From Clostridia bacterium (GTDB taxonomy: Bacteria > Bacillota > Clostridia > TANB77 > CAG-465), in NCBI GenBank assembly GCA_045537895.1, contig JAZSQI010000044.1, forward strand, positions 6,307 to 70,306: DNA of 64,000 bases, given 5' to 3'. Numbering within the stretch: the stretch's first letter is position 1; the number at the start of each line of letters is the position of its first letter. Under the pieces are notes generated by a model. It saw only the letters and a program-made list of their open reading frames with translations. It was not told where the DNA came from and made no database searches. Both the position numbers and the translations under genes were made by a program. Positions 26,497 to 35,002 of the stretch are shown piece by piece.

Positions 26497-29400
26497 ATGC
26501 AATTAAAGAGAGTAGAAATACAGGGATTTAAATCATTTGCTGACAAAACAAACGTAGAATTTTTAGATGGGGTTACTACGATAGTTGGTCCAAATGGTAG
26601 TGGAAAAAGTAACGTTTCTGATGCAATAAGATGGGTGCTTGGTGAACAAAGTGCTAAGAGTTTAAGAGGCTCAAAAATGGAGGATGTAATTTTTGCTGGA
26701 ACTGAAGCAAGAAAAATGCTAGGTCTAGCAGAAGTTACACTTGTACTAGATAATTCAGATAGCGTTCTTCCAGTTGAATATACTGAAGTATCAGTAACCA
26801 GAAGGGTGTACAGAAGTGGTGATAGTGAATATTACATTAATAAAAATCAATGTAGATTAAAAGATATACAAGAATTGTTTATGGATACTGGTGTAGGAAG
26901 AGATGGCTATAGTATTATAGGGCAGGGAAAAATTGATGAAATACTATCTTCAAAATCAGAAGACAGAAGAAGCATATTTGAAGAGGCATCAGGTATTGTT
27001 AAATATAGAACTAGAAAAGATGAGGCTTTAAGAAAATTAGAGCATACAAACACAAATCTAACAAGAGTAACAGATGTTTTAAATGAAATTGAGTCTTCCT
27101 TAGGTCCTTTAGAAGAAAAATCTAAGGTGGCAAAAAAGTATCTTGAATTAAGAGATAGCTTAAAAGCATTAGAGGTTAGAGCATTCCTTAATACTATATA
27201 TTCTGCAGAGGGCGAAATAAATGGTATAAATGAAGCAATAGAAGGTCTAGAGCAAAGTATAATAGCAAAGCAAAAAGAAATGGAAGAAACAGAAAAGACT
27301 AAAGACGAGAGAAAAGTAGAGTTTGAAAAAATACTACTTGATATAGAAAAAAGTCAAGAAGAATATTTTACTAAAGTAAATGAACTTGAAAAATTAAAAG
27401 CAAGAGTTGAAAGCTTTGATGAAAGACTAGCTTCAAACAAGGAAACAATAGAAAGATTAAATCTTGAAATAGAGGATGATATTATTTCGATTGAATCACT
27501 TAAAGAGGACGTAGAGAAAAGAAATGTTAAAAAGCAAAACATGCTAGATAACAAAGTACGATTTGAACAAGAACTTGAAGAAAAAGAATTAGAACTTAAA
27601 GAGATAACTGAAAACATGACAGCAAAGGAACTGGAAATAGAAGAAATTAAGAGATACATTGAAAGTTTAAAGGACAAGCTTACTGAATACAAAGTAGAAA
27701 CAAGTTCTCTAGATTCAACGATGGAAGCAAATAAAAGAAGAATTGATACTATAATAAAAGACAATACATCAGATATATCTTCAGCAGATAGTATAAGAAT
27801 ACAAGAAGCAGAAGAAAGAGAAACTTTTTCTAAAATAAAGAAAGATAAAATAGAATTAGAAGATGTTATTAAAAACTTAAATGAAGCTAAAGAAAGAATA
27901 GAAATTAATATAACTGGCTTTAACGAAAAAGATGCTGAGTTTAAGCAAAAAATATTAGAAAAGAAATCTAAAATAAATTACTTAATAAATTTAGAAAATG
28001 AAAATGAAGGCTATATTAAGAGTGTAAAAGGTATAATAGAAAAAGCTAAAAATGAAGGCACTTATGGGAATAGTATATATGGAACACTTGCATCACTAAT
28101 TACGACTGATGACAAATATGAAAAAGCAATAGAAATAGCCTTAGGAGGCTATGTTCAAAACATAGTTGTAGAAACTGATAAAGAGGCTAAAGAGGCAATA
28201 GCGTACTTAAAACAAAACTCTTTAGGTAGAGCTACTTTCTTACCAATTAAGAGTGTAAAATCTACAAAACCAGAAAAGGTATCTATTAAAGATGATGGGT
28301 ATATAGGTTTAGCGATTGATTTAGTAAAATATGATAGTAAGTTTTCTAGTGTTGTAGGCTTAGCACTAAATAGAACATTGATAGTTGATAATATAGATAA
28401 TGGTGTAAAGATTTCTAAAAAAATATCTTCTGGCATGAAAGTTGTAACGCTTGATGGAGATGTTGTGATGTCAACAGGTAGTATGACAGGTGGTGCAACG
28501 CTTGGTAAAAAAACATCACTTCTTGGAAGAAATTCTAAGATAGAACTCGCAAAAGAAGACCTAAAAACACTAGAAAAAGAATATAACGACTTTAACGAAA
28601 GTATTAAAAATGACAGAGATTCTTACCAGAATATATTAAACGAAATATCATCAAAAAATACTGAACTTCAAGAAGTAAATATAACTTACAGTGTTACAGA
28701 AGAAAAGTTAAATAACATATTAAAACAAGCAGATAGAGTAGCAAATATGCGTAAAAACAAAGAAGAAGAAAAAAATATGTTGTTCAAACAAAACGAAGAA
28801 ATTATAGCTAAGAAATTAAGTATTGCAGAAGCTTCAGCAATGATTGATAATGATATTGAAGTAAAAGAAAATGAAGTTGCTGAATATGCTAGATTTAATA
28901 AAGAAAAAGAAGATAAAGTTAATTTCTTAAATGAAGATATAGTTAATCTTAGAATTTCTTTATCGTCATTTGATGAATCTAATGTGGCTATAGATGAAAT
29001 GGTAGATAAGATAAAAGAAGATATATCTAATTTACAGCTAGCTATTGAGAAGAAAAAACAAAGTATTTTAGAATGTCAAAGTGATATAAATAATTCCGAA
29101 GTTAATAACCAAAATGATATTTTAAATATAGAAAAAATGACAGATGAATTAACAGTAGTAAAAGAGTATAACGAGACTTTAAAAATAACAAAAAAAGAGA
29201 ATATGGAGCGTCAGGAAGAACTAGAAAAATTATACATTGATAAATTACAAGGATTAGAAAAAATAAAAGAACAAAGAGCAAAAGTTGAAAATAAAAAGGT
29301 TAAATTTGATGTAGAAATAGATGCACTTAAAAACAAAATGTGGGATGATTACGAGCTTACTATATCTAGCGCAAAAGAATTTGAAAAAACAAGCAGTCTA

Positions 29401-30060
29401 GATAAAGAGTTATCTAAAACTAAAATAGATAATATGATTAGCAAGGTTAAAAAAGAGATTAAGGATTTAGGTGAGGTAAGCGTAAGCAGTATAGAAGAAT
29501 ATAAAGAGCAAAGTGAGAGGGCTATATTTATTTCTTCACAAAAAGCTGACTTAGAGGAAACAAAACAAAAACTTGAAAACTTAATAGACAATACTACTTC
29601 TATAATGAAAACTCAATTTGCAAAACAATTTAAAGTTATAAGAGAAAACTTCTCTAAAGTTTTTGTAGAGTTATTTGATGGTGGAAAAGCTGACCTAAAA
29701 TTAACTGATGAAAGTAATATTTTAGAAAGTGGAATTGAGATAGAGGTTCAGCCACCAGGAAAGAAATTACAAAATATGATGCTTTTATCTGGAGGAGAAA
29801 GAGCGCTTACTGCAATAGCACTATTATTCTCAATATTAAAGATAAAAACACCACCTTTCTGTATTTTAGATGAAATAGAGGCAGCACTTGATGATATTAA
29901 TGTATCAAGGTTTGCTAAATACATAAAAAAATATTCTAAACAAACACAGTTTATTGTAATAACCCATAGAAAAGGTACAATGGAGGTAGCATCATCTGTT
30001 TATGGTGTAACTATGCAAGAGTATGGTGTATCAAAACTTGTATCTATGAAATTAAAGTAA
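26497..30060 (+). CDS. smc: Chromosome partition protein SMC
   Basis: N-terminal Walker A GPNGSGKSN, long coiled coils, a hinge, and C-terminal LSGGERALTAIALLF and ILDEIEAALD. Length 1187 aa. Confidence 0.97.
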   Translation: MQLKRVEIQGFKSFADKTNVEFLDGVTTIVGPNGSGKSNVSDAIRWVLGEQSAKSLRGSKMEDVIFAGTEARKMLGLAEVTLVLDNSDSVLPVEYTEVSVTRRVYRSGDSEYYINKNQCRLKDIQELFMDTGVGRDGYSIIGQGKIDEILSSKSEDRRSIFEEASGIVKYRTRKDEALRKLEHTNTNLTRVTDVLNEIESSLGPLEEKSKVAKKYLELRDSLKALEVRAFLNTIYSAEGEINGINEAIEGLEQSIIAKQKEMEETEKTKDERKVEFEKILLDIEKSQEEYFTKVNELEKLKARVESFDERLASNKETIERLNLEIEDDIISIESLKEDVEKRNVKKQNMLDNKVRFEQELEEKELELKEITENMTAKELEIEEIKRYIESLKDKLTEYKVETSSLDSTMEANKRRIDTIIKDNTSDISSADSIRIQEAEERETFSKIKKDKIELEDVIKNLNEAKERIEINITGFNEKDAEFKQKILEKKSKINYLINLENENEGYIKSVKGIIEKAKNEGTYGNSIYGTLASLITTDDKYEKAIEIALGGYVQNIVVETDKEAKEAIAYLKQNSLGRATFLPIKSVKSTKPEKVSIKDDGYIGLAIDLVKYDSKFSSVVGLALNRTLIVDNIDNGVKISKKISSGMKVVTLDGDVVMSTGSMTGGATLGKKTSLLGRNSKIELAKEDLKTLEKEYNDFNESIKNDRDSYQNILNEISSKNTELQEVNITYSVTEEKLNNILKQADRVANMRKNKEEEKNMLFKQNEEIIAKKLSIAEASAMIDNDIEVKENEVAEYARFNKEKEDKVNFLNEDIVNLRISLSSFDESNVAIDEMVDKIKEDISNLQLAIEKKKQSILECQSDINNSEVNNQNDILNIEKMTDELTVVKEYNETLKITKKENMERQEELEKLYIDKLQGLEKIKEQRAKVENKKVKFDVEIDALKNKMWDDYELTISSAKEFEKTSSLDKELSKTKIDNMISKVKKEIKDLGEVSVSSIEEYKEQSERAIFISSQKADLEETKQKLENLIDNTTSIMKTQFAKQFKVIRENFSKVFVELFDGGKADLKLTDESNILESGIEIEVQPPGKKLQNMMLLSGGERALTAIALLFSILKIKTPPFCILDEIEAALDDINVSRFAKYIKKYSKQTQFIVITHRKGTMEVASSVYGVTMQEYGVSKLVSMKLK

Positions 30061-30225
30061 TAAAGATCTTTAAAAGAAATAAACTATATTAATTTATAGT
30101 TTGTTTCTTTTTTTCTATTTAAGACAGTTAGTAATGCATAATTGACAAAACATGTAGCGTAGTATATAATACTTATGTAAATTTGATGGTTAACAATATA
30201 ATTAATATTATAAAGGAGAGAGAAA

Positions 30226-30789
30226 ATGAGTAATTTAAACTTAGATTATGTTAAAGAAATTGTTGAGTTTGATGTAATTGAATACATGAAGTGGGCTGAA
30301 GATTTTACAAAAAAATATTCTGAGTTTTCAGTAAATGATTGGGATTATGATGTTACATCTCCCTGTTTAGAGCTTGATAAAGATGATATAGATGCAGGAA
30401 TAACCAGTAAGGATATATATAAAATTAATGTGCTAAATTTATTTTATCTTACTCTTGATGAATGTGCACAACATTTATATATTTATCCAATACCAATGTT
30501 ATTTGGAAAATACTACATAGTAAAGTATAATGAAAAATTATATAAAGTATCGTGCTATAAAGAGAATTATTCTTTTAGTATTTTTGATGATAATGCGTCT
30601 GAATATATTAACATTGAAGATATTGTTTCACCAAGTGATCAGGCTAAAGAAAGAGCTATAAAGATTAAAAATGAAGTTCAAAAAATTGGTGAATTGTTTA
30701 ATGATCTTATTAAAGATGGAGTTCCATATCAAGCAATAAAGAAGGCGTCAAATGTTGTAATATCAAAATTTGAAGAAAACAAAAATTAA
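30226..30789 (+). CDS. Hypothetical protein, tandem paralog 1 of 2
   Basis: AAGGAGAG SD and own TTGACA-N17-TATAAT promoter near 30143. It shares W.E.F.KK and ELFNDLIKDGVP blocks with the next gene. Confidence 0.6.
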   Translation: MSNLNLDYVKEIVEFDVIEYMKWAEDFTKKYSEFSVNDWDYDVTSPCLELDKDDIDAGITSKDIYKINVLNLFYLTLDECAQHLYIYPIPMLFGKYYIVKYNEKLYKVSCYKENYSFSIFDDNASEYINIEDIVSPSDQAKERAIKIKNEVQKIGELFNDLIKDGVPYQAIKKASNVVISKFEENKN

Positions 30790-30813
30790 AATTCTTTAAG
30801 GAGGAGACACTAT

Positions 30814-31416
30814 ATGAAAAGCGTTCAAGAATTTTTGGCTGAGCTTGATACAGATGAAGGCAAAAAACGGATGCAAAAATTTATTGATGAGGAAAGAGAA
30901 AAAGCAAAACAAGCACGTGAATTGATAACTAAGGAAAGCTACATTAAGTGGTTAGAAGGGTTTGTAAAAAAACATCCTACGTTTGATGATGACAATTGGC
31001 TCTATACACCTGAAAAAATTACAGAAGAAGATAACAAAAATGTAAATCTGTTATGCAGTTTTTATCGTGGTATTGACCAATTCGCAGAAGAGAATTATAT
31101 TTCTTCAACGCCATGTGAGTTTGGTGATTTTTATTCTATTGAGTATAACGGAAAAATATATGAGATAGGACTTGTTATTGGACAAGGAGCTGTAACTTTC
31201 TGTAATACAGTAGATGTAAGTAAAGAAGTAAATATAATTCACTTTGAAGATATTGCAAATCCAACTATGGCAATTTCTGTAAGAACAGCTTCTATTAATT
31301 CAAAGTTGAACAAGATTAATGAGTTATTTGATGAACTTATTAAAGATGGCGTTCCTACGAATGTTGTAATTGCACGTGCAGAGAAGATTGTACGAGAGCT
31401 TAAGAGCAAAAAATAA
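30814..31416 (+). CDS. Hypothetical protein, tandem paralog 2 of 2
   Basis: AAGGAGG SD. WLEGFVKKHPTFDDDNW and ELFDELIKDGVP blocks. A terminator hairpin lies near 31423-31457. Confidence 0.6.
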   Translation: MKSVQEFLAELDTDEGKKRMQKFIDEEREKAKQARELITKESYIKWLEGFVKKHPTFDDDNWLYTPEKITEEDNKNVNLLCSFYRGIDQFAEENYISSTPCEFGDFYSIEYNGKIYEIGLVIGQGAVTFCNTVDVSKEVNIIHFEDIANPTMAISVRTASINSKLNKINELFDELIKDGVPTNVVIARAEKIVRELKSKK

Positions 31417-31550
31417 AAAGCTTAAGATGATATATGTAATAATATATCATCTTTTTATATTATATAAGTATGAATAATATGATTTTTGTGATATAATACG
31501 CAAGAAAATAAATATTAATCTTAAATTTAATTAAATAAGGAGGAAAACGT

Positions 31551-32669
31551 ATGTATAAAAGTTTAGCTAAAATTGTCCTCACTGGTGGACCATGCTCTGG
31601 CAAGACAAGTGGACTTGCAAAGATAAGCAGTAGTTTATCAGACAAAGGCTATGAGGTTATAATTGTCCCGGAAACAGCAACACTAATTAAAAATTCTGGA
31701 ATTAAAGTGGGTGGAGAGTATTTATCTGGTTATGAATTTGAAAAAATGATATTTGAGCTTCAATTATTCTTAGAAAGCAAATATCAAGAGTATGCCGAAA
31801 CATTAGATAATAAAGATGTTGTTATTGTATGTGATAGAGGTATTGTTGATGGAAAGGCATATATTACAGATAGAGAATATAAATCTCTTATTAAAAAGCT
31901 TAAATTAAGTGAAATAGAGGCAAGGGATTGGTACGATGCTGTATTTCATTTAAAAACTGTAGCAGATGGTAAAGAGGAATATTATACAATAGCTAATAAT
32001 ACGGCAAGAACGGAAACACCTGAGCAGGCAAGAGAAGCAGATAGAAAAACATTAAAGGCGTGGGTTGGTCATCCTCATCTAAGAGTAATTGATAACAGTA
32101 CGGATTTTGATGGGAAAATATCAAGACTCATGGGAGAAATGTATTCTTTCTTGGGACTTCCTGTTCCTATTGAGACAGAGCGCAAGTATCTTATAGCTAT
32201 GCCTAATCTTGAGAAGATAATAGAAAAATATGGTGCAGTAAGGTCTGAGATTGTGCAGGTATACTTGATTTCTGAAAATGAAAACGAAGAAATAAGAATA
32301 AGACAAAGAGGAGAAAACGGCTCATACACATATTATCTTACTAAAAAAATTAAAAGAGATGATATGTCAAGATATGAGGTAGAGGAGAAAATTACAAAAG
32401 AACAATACTTAGATTTACTTCTTAAAGCAGATACGAGCAAAAATATGATAAGAAAAACTAGATATTGTTTTGTATACGAGAATCAATATTTCGAAATGGA
32501 CATATATCCTTTTTCTAGTAGCAGAGCAATTTTGGAGATTGAACTTACAGATAAAAATAAAGAAGTTGTTATTCCAAATGAGATAGCAATAATTTATGAT
32601 GTAACAAACGATGAAAGATTTAAAAATGTAAATATTGCAAAAGATAATAGAGTGTTAACTAATTTTTAA
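31551..32669 (+). CDS. P-loop NTPase (AAA_28-like) fused to a C-terminal CYTH (triphosphate tunnel metalloenzyme) domain
   Basis: Walker A LTGGPCSGKTS and Walker B-like VIVCDRG. The second half begins IETERKYLI (the ExExK CYTH signature) and ends with ILEIEL. Confidence 0.7.
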   Translation: MYKSLAKIVLTGGPCSGKTSGLAKISSSLSDKGYEVIIVPETATLIKNSGIKVGGEYLSGYEFEKMIFELQLFLESKYQEYAETLDNKDVVIVCDRGIVDGKAYITDREYKSLIKKLKLSEIEARDWYDAVFHLKTVADGKEEYYTIANNTARTETPEQAREADRKTLKAWVGHPHLRVIDNSTDFDGKISRLMGEMYSFLGLPVPIETERKYLIAMPNLEKIIEKYGAVRSEIVQVYLISENENEEIRIRQRGENGSYTYYLTKKIKRDDMSRYEVEEKITKEQYLDLLLKADTSKNMIRKTRYCFVYENQYFEMDIYPFSSSRAILEIELTDKNKEVVIPNEIAIIYDVTNDERFKNVNIAKDNRVLTNF

Positions 32670-32778
32670 GTATAAAACAGGTTGTGTGTAATAACATGAC
32701 CTGTTTTTTGTATAAAAAATGAAAAAACATATTGAAATTTTATATTATGTGATATAATTATTATGAAAAGGTGATAAA

Positions 32779-33174
32779 ATGGAAAAAGAGCTTGATATAA
32801 GAGAATATAATATAAAAACACTAGCATATATGGGTGATGCAGTTTATGAACTCTACGTTAGAGAATATCTTGTTAAAAACTCAAGAGAGGTTGCAAATAA
32901 ACTTCATAGAAAAACAATAAAATATGTTAGTGCAAAAGCGCAAGAATATATTATGAATAATATATATGAACTTCTTACACAAGAAGAAAAAGAAATATAT
33001 AAAAGAGGAAGAAATGCTAGTAGTAATACTGTACCAAAAAATACAGATGTTGTTGTGTATAAAAAAGCAACTGGATTTGAAGCTGTTATAGGTTATTTAT
33101 ATTTTACAAAACAAAAAAGAAGACTAGAAGATATTATAAGGGAAAGTATAAAAATAATAAGCGAAAGGGTATGA
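32779..33174 (+). CDS. mrnC: Mini-ribonuclease 3
   Basis: 131 aa. LAYMGDAVYELYVREYL catalytic motif and KATGFEAVIGYLY. Confidence 0.88.
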   Translation: MEKELDIREYNIKTLAYMGDAVYELYVREYLVKNSREVANKLHRKTIKYVSAKAQEYIMNNIYELLTQEEKEIYKRGRNASSNTVPKNTDVVVYKKATGFEAVIGYLYFTKQKRRLEDIIRESIKIISERV

Positions 33175-33178
33175 TTAT

Positions 33179-33448
33179 ATGAAAATAAATACGAAAGAAA
33201 ATATTAATTGGGGTTTAAATGATGAGATGAATGCACTTTTAAATGAAATAGATTTATCTTCTGATAAAAGAGTATTAATGACAGCTGGGGAAAAACAATA
33301 TATATACGATGATGGACAAATATATAGTACAAGTACTACAAGTTACGATAAAGGAGTTATGCTATCAAGGCAGCAATTTAGAGAGCAAGCAAAAGAACAT
33401 ACTATTAATTATATGTGCAATAAAAAAACAGATATTATTATAGAATAA
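33179..33448 (+). CDS. Hypothetical small protein (89 aa)
   Basis: GAAAGGG SD lies inside the end of mrnC, and the gene starts 4 nt after the mrnC stop. Confidence 0.5.
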   Translation: MKINTKENINWGLNDEMNALLNEIDLSSDKRVLMTAGEKQYIYDDGQIYSTSTTSYDKGVMLSRQQFREQAKEHTINYMCNKKTDIIIE

Positions 33449-33531
33449 AGAGAAATAACTCTTTATTTTTTTCACTAAAATTCAAATCTTTCATATAATA
33501 TACTGTACTTAATTAGAAAGGAGTATTTTAT

Positions 33532-34116
33532 ATGGAAGAAAATGAAAGAATTTGGGGAGGCCCTGGTTTTGGATGGGGATTTAACACTGCACCAAACTCT
33601 ATGGGATACGGATTTACATATCCAGGCTTAGCGCCTTTTTGGGGATTTGGATTAGAGCCTAATCTTTGGGGAGATTCAAATATGCAAGGAGAGTTTGAAA
33701 ATCCTGTAATGAGAGATAATATGATGCATAATAATATGAAACCTGGACATATGTCACATCAAATGAAACCAATAGATATGTTATACCCTAAATGTTATAA
33801 AATGATGTATGAATGTGTATATAAAGAATGTAACATGTTTATGAAAAAGAACAATAATATAATGCCTAATAATATATGCAAAGAAGAATTTTGTAAAATG
33901 GTTGAAAACTGCACTATGCATATAATGAATAATGAAGATATGTTTATTGATAAAATAAAGAGTCATTGGATGTGTAGTAGACAGTCAGATTTAGACGAAA
34001 ATGAAATAGAAACAAGAGGTAATTTAGGAAGATATGGTAACCTTTTTGTTGGAAGTATGTTAGGCATCTTAATGATACAAGAATTAAGAAGAAGAGGCTG
34101 TATGTATTGTTATTAA
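33532..34116 (+). CDS. Met/Asn/Gly/Trp/Cys-rich protein, possibly a spore coat-type protein
   Basis: AAAGGAG SD. The composition is unusual (GFGWGF, MMHNNMKPGHMSHQMKP, many Cys). An AC-N16-CATATAATA sigma-K-like promoter lies upstream at about 33473-33499. Confidence 0.5.
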   Translation: MEENERIWGGPGFGWGFNTAPNSMGYGFTYPGLAPFWGFGLEPNLWGDSNMQGEFENPVMRDNMMHNNMKPGHMSHQMKPIDMLYPKCYKMMYECVYKECNMFMKKNNNIMPNNICKEEFCKMVENCTMHIMNNEDMFIDKIKSHWMCSRQSDLDENEIETRGNLGRYGNLFVGSMLGILMIQELRRRGCMYCY

Positions 34117-34246
34117 AATGTAGGATTAGTAGTATTAAGACTGCTAATCTTTTTATTAAGCAACTTTACAAATTATGTAAAGCATGATATAATTGGTGCA
34201 TGATGTTAAAAGTATACAATAATAATTATTAATTGGAGGAACGGAA

Positions 34247-34522
34247 ATGACATTACGGGAAGAATTGTACGCTATTGCAGTAAAGGTAAAGGAAAAAGGA
34301 GAAGAACATGAATTAGCAGTTAGAGAGCATCTTGAAAAAGTTTGTAGATATGAAGCACAAAAAGGGAATTTTGAAGTTCGTATAATGGCAGAATGTTTAA
34401 CAGATGGAACAAAACTTACCAAAAAGGATGTAAAAAACTTCGCTAAAGCTAATGATTTGGATTTTAGTTCATTTTCTGATACTGTTTTAGGATGGCTATA
34501 TTTTGGTAGCAAAAAAGACTAA
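34247..34522 (+). CDS. Hypothetical small protein (91 aa)
   Basis: GGAGGAAC SD precedes ATG 34247. The overlapping antisense ORF 34156..34512 has no SD. Confidence 0.55.
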   Translation: MTLREELYAIAVKVKEKGEEHELAVREHLEKVCRYEAQKGNFEVRIMAECLTDGTKLTKKDVKNFAKANDLDFSSFSDTVLGWLYFGSKKD

Positions 34523-34533
34523 GGAGCATAAAA

Positions 34534-34791
34534 ATGAAATTTATTAGAAAAAGAAAAACACTAGATAATGAAGAAAAAATTAATAGTATGTATGTAGTTT
34601 GTAATAAATGTGGTGCTACGATTAAGATAACAGCAAGCGACCTAGAAAATCCTAGCAGCACTAATATATTTCCAACTTATTATAAATATAAGTGTGGCTG
34701 GTGTGAAAATTATAGTACTATAGCTGCAAAAAAACTAACACACGAAATAAGAGTAGATCATGCATATATACATCTAGCAGAATACGCTTAA
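34534..34791 (+). CDS. Hypothetical zinc-ribbon protein (85 aa)
   Basis: AAGGAG SD. The CNKCG ... CGWC Cys pairs suggest a zinc ribbon. A terminator hairpin lies near 34798-34830. Confidence 0.55.
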   Translation: MKFIRKRKTLDNEEKINSMYVVCNKCGATIKITASDLENPSSTNIFPTYYKYKCGWCENYSTIAAKKLTHEIRVDHAYIHLAEYA

Positions 34792-35002
34792 GTTTAAAAA
34801 TAGGAAGCTAAATATAGTTTCCTATTTTCTTTTTAATTTTAAACTCTAATATACTTTAAAACCTTGATTTTTAGATGCTTTTGTAATAAAATGTAGTAAA
34901 TTAGAATGCAAAAATTAAAATGAAATATAAAATATGACAAAATATATTTAAAATATGTAGTAGTATATATGTAGAACAAATAGAAGCATAAGAGGTGTAA
35001 TA

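Noticed and set aside
34156-34512. 118-aa minus-strand ORF overlapping the 91-aa plus-strand ORF.
   Set aside because: The plus-strand ORF has a GGAGG SD and sensible composition. The minus-strand ORF has no SD and would run into the upstream terminator.
34840-35002. A possible Spo0A box (TATGACA) and sporulation promoter upstream of spoIIE.
   Set aside because: It is only a 5/7 match to TTCGACA in very AT-rich DNA, which is not distinguishable from chance by eye.
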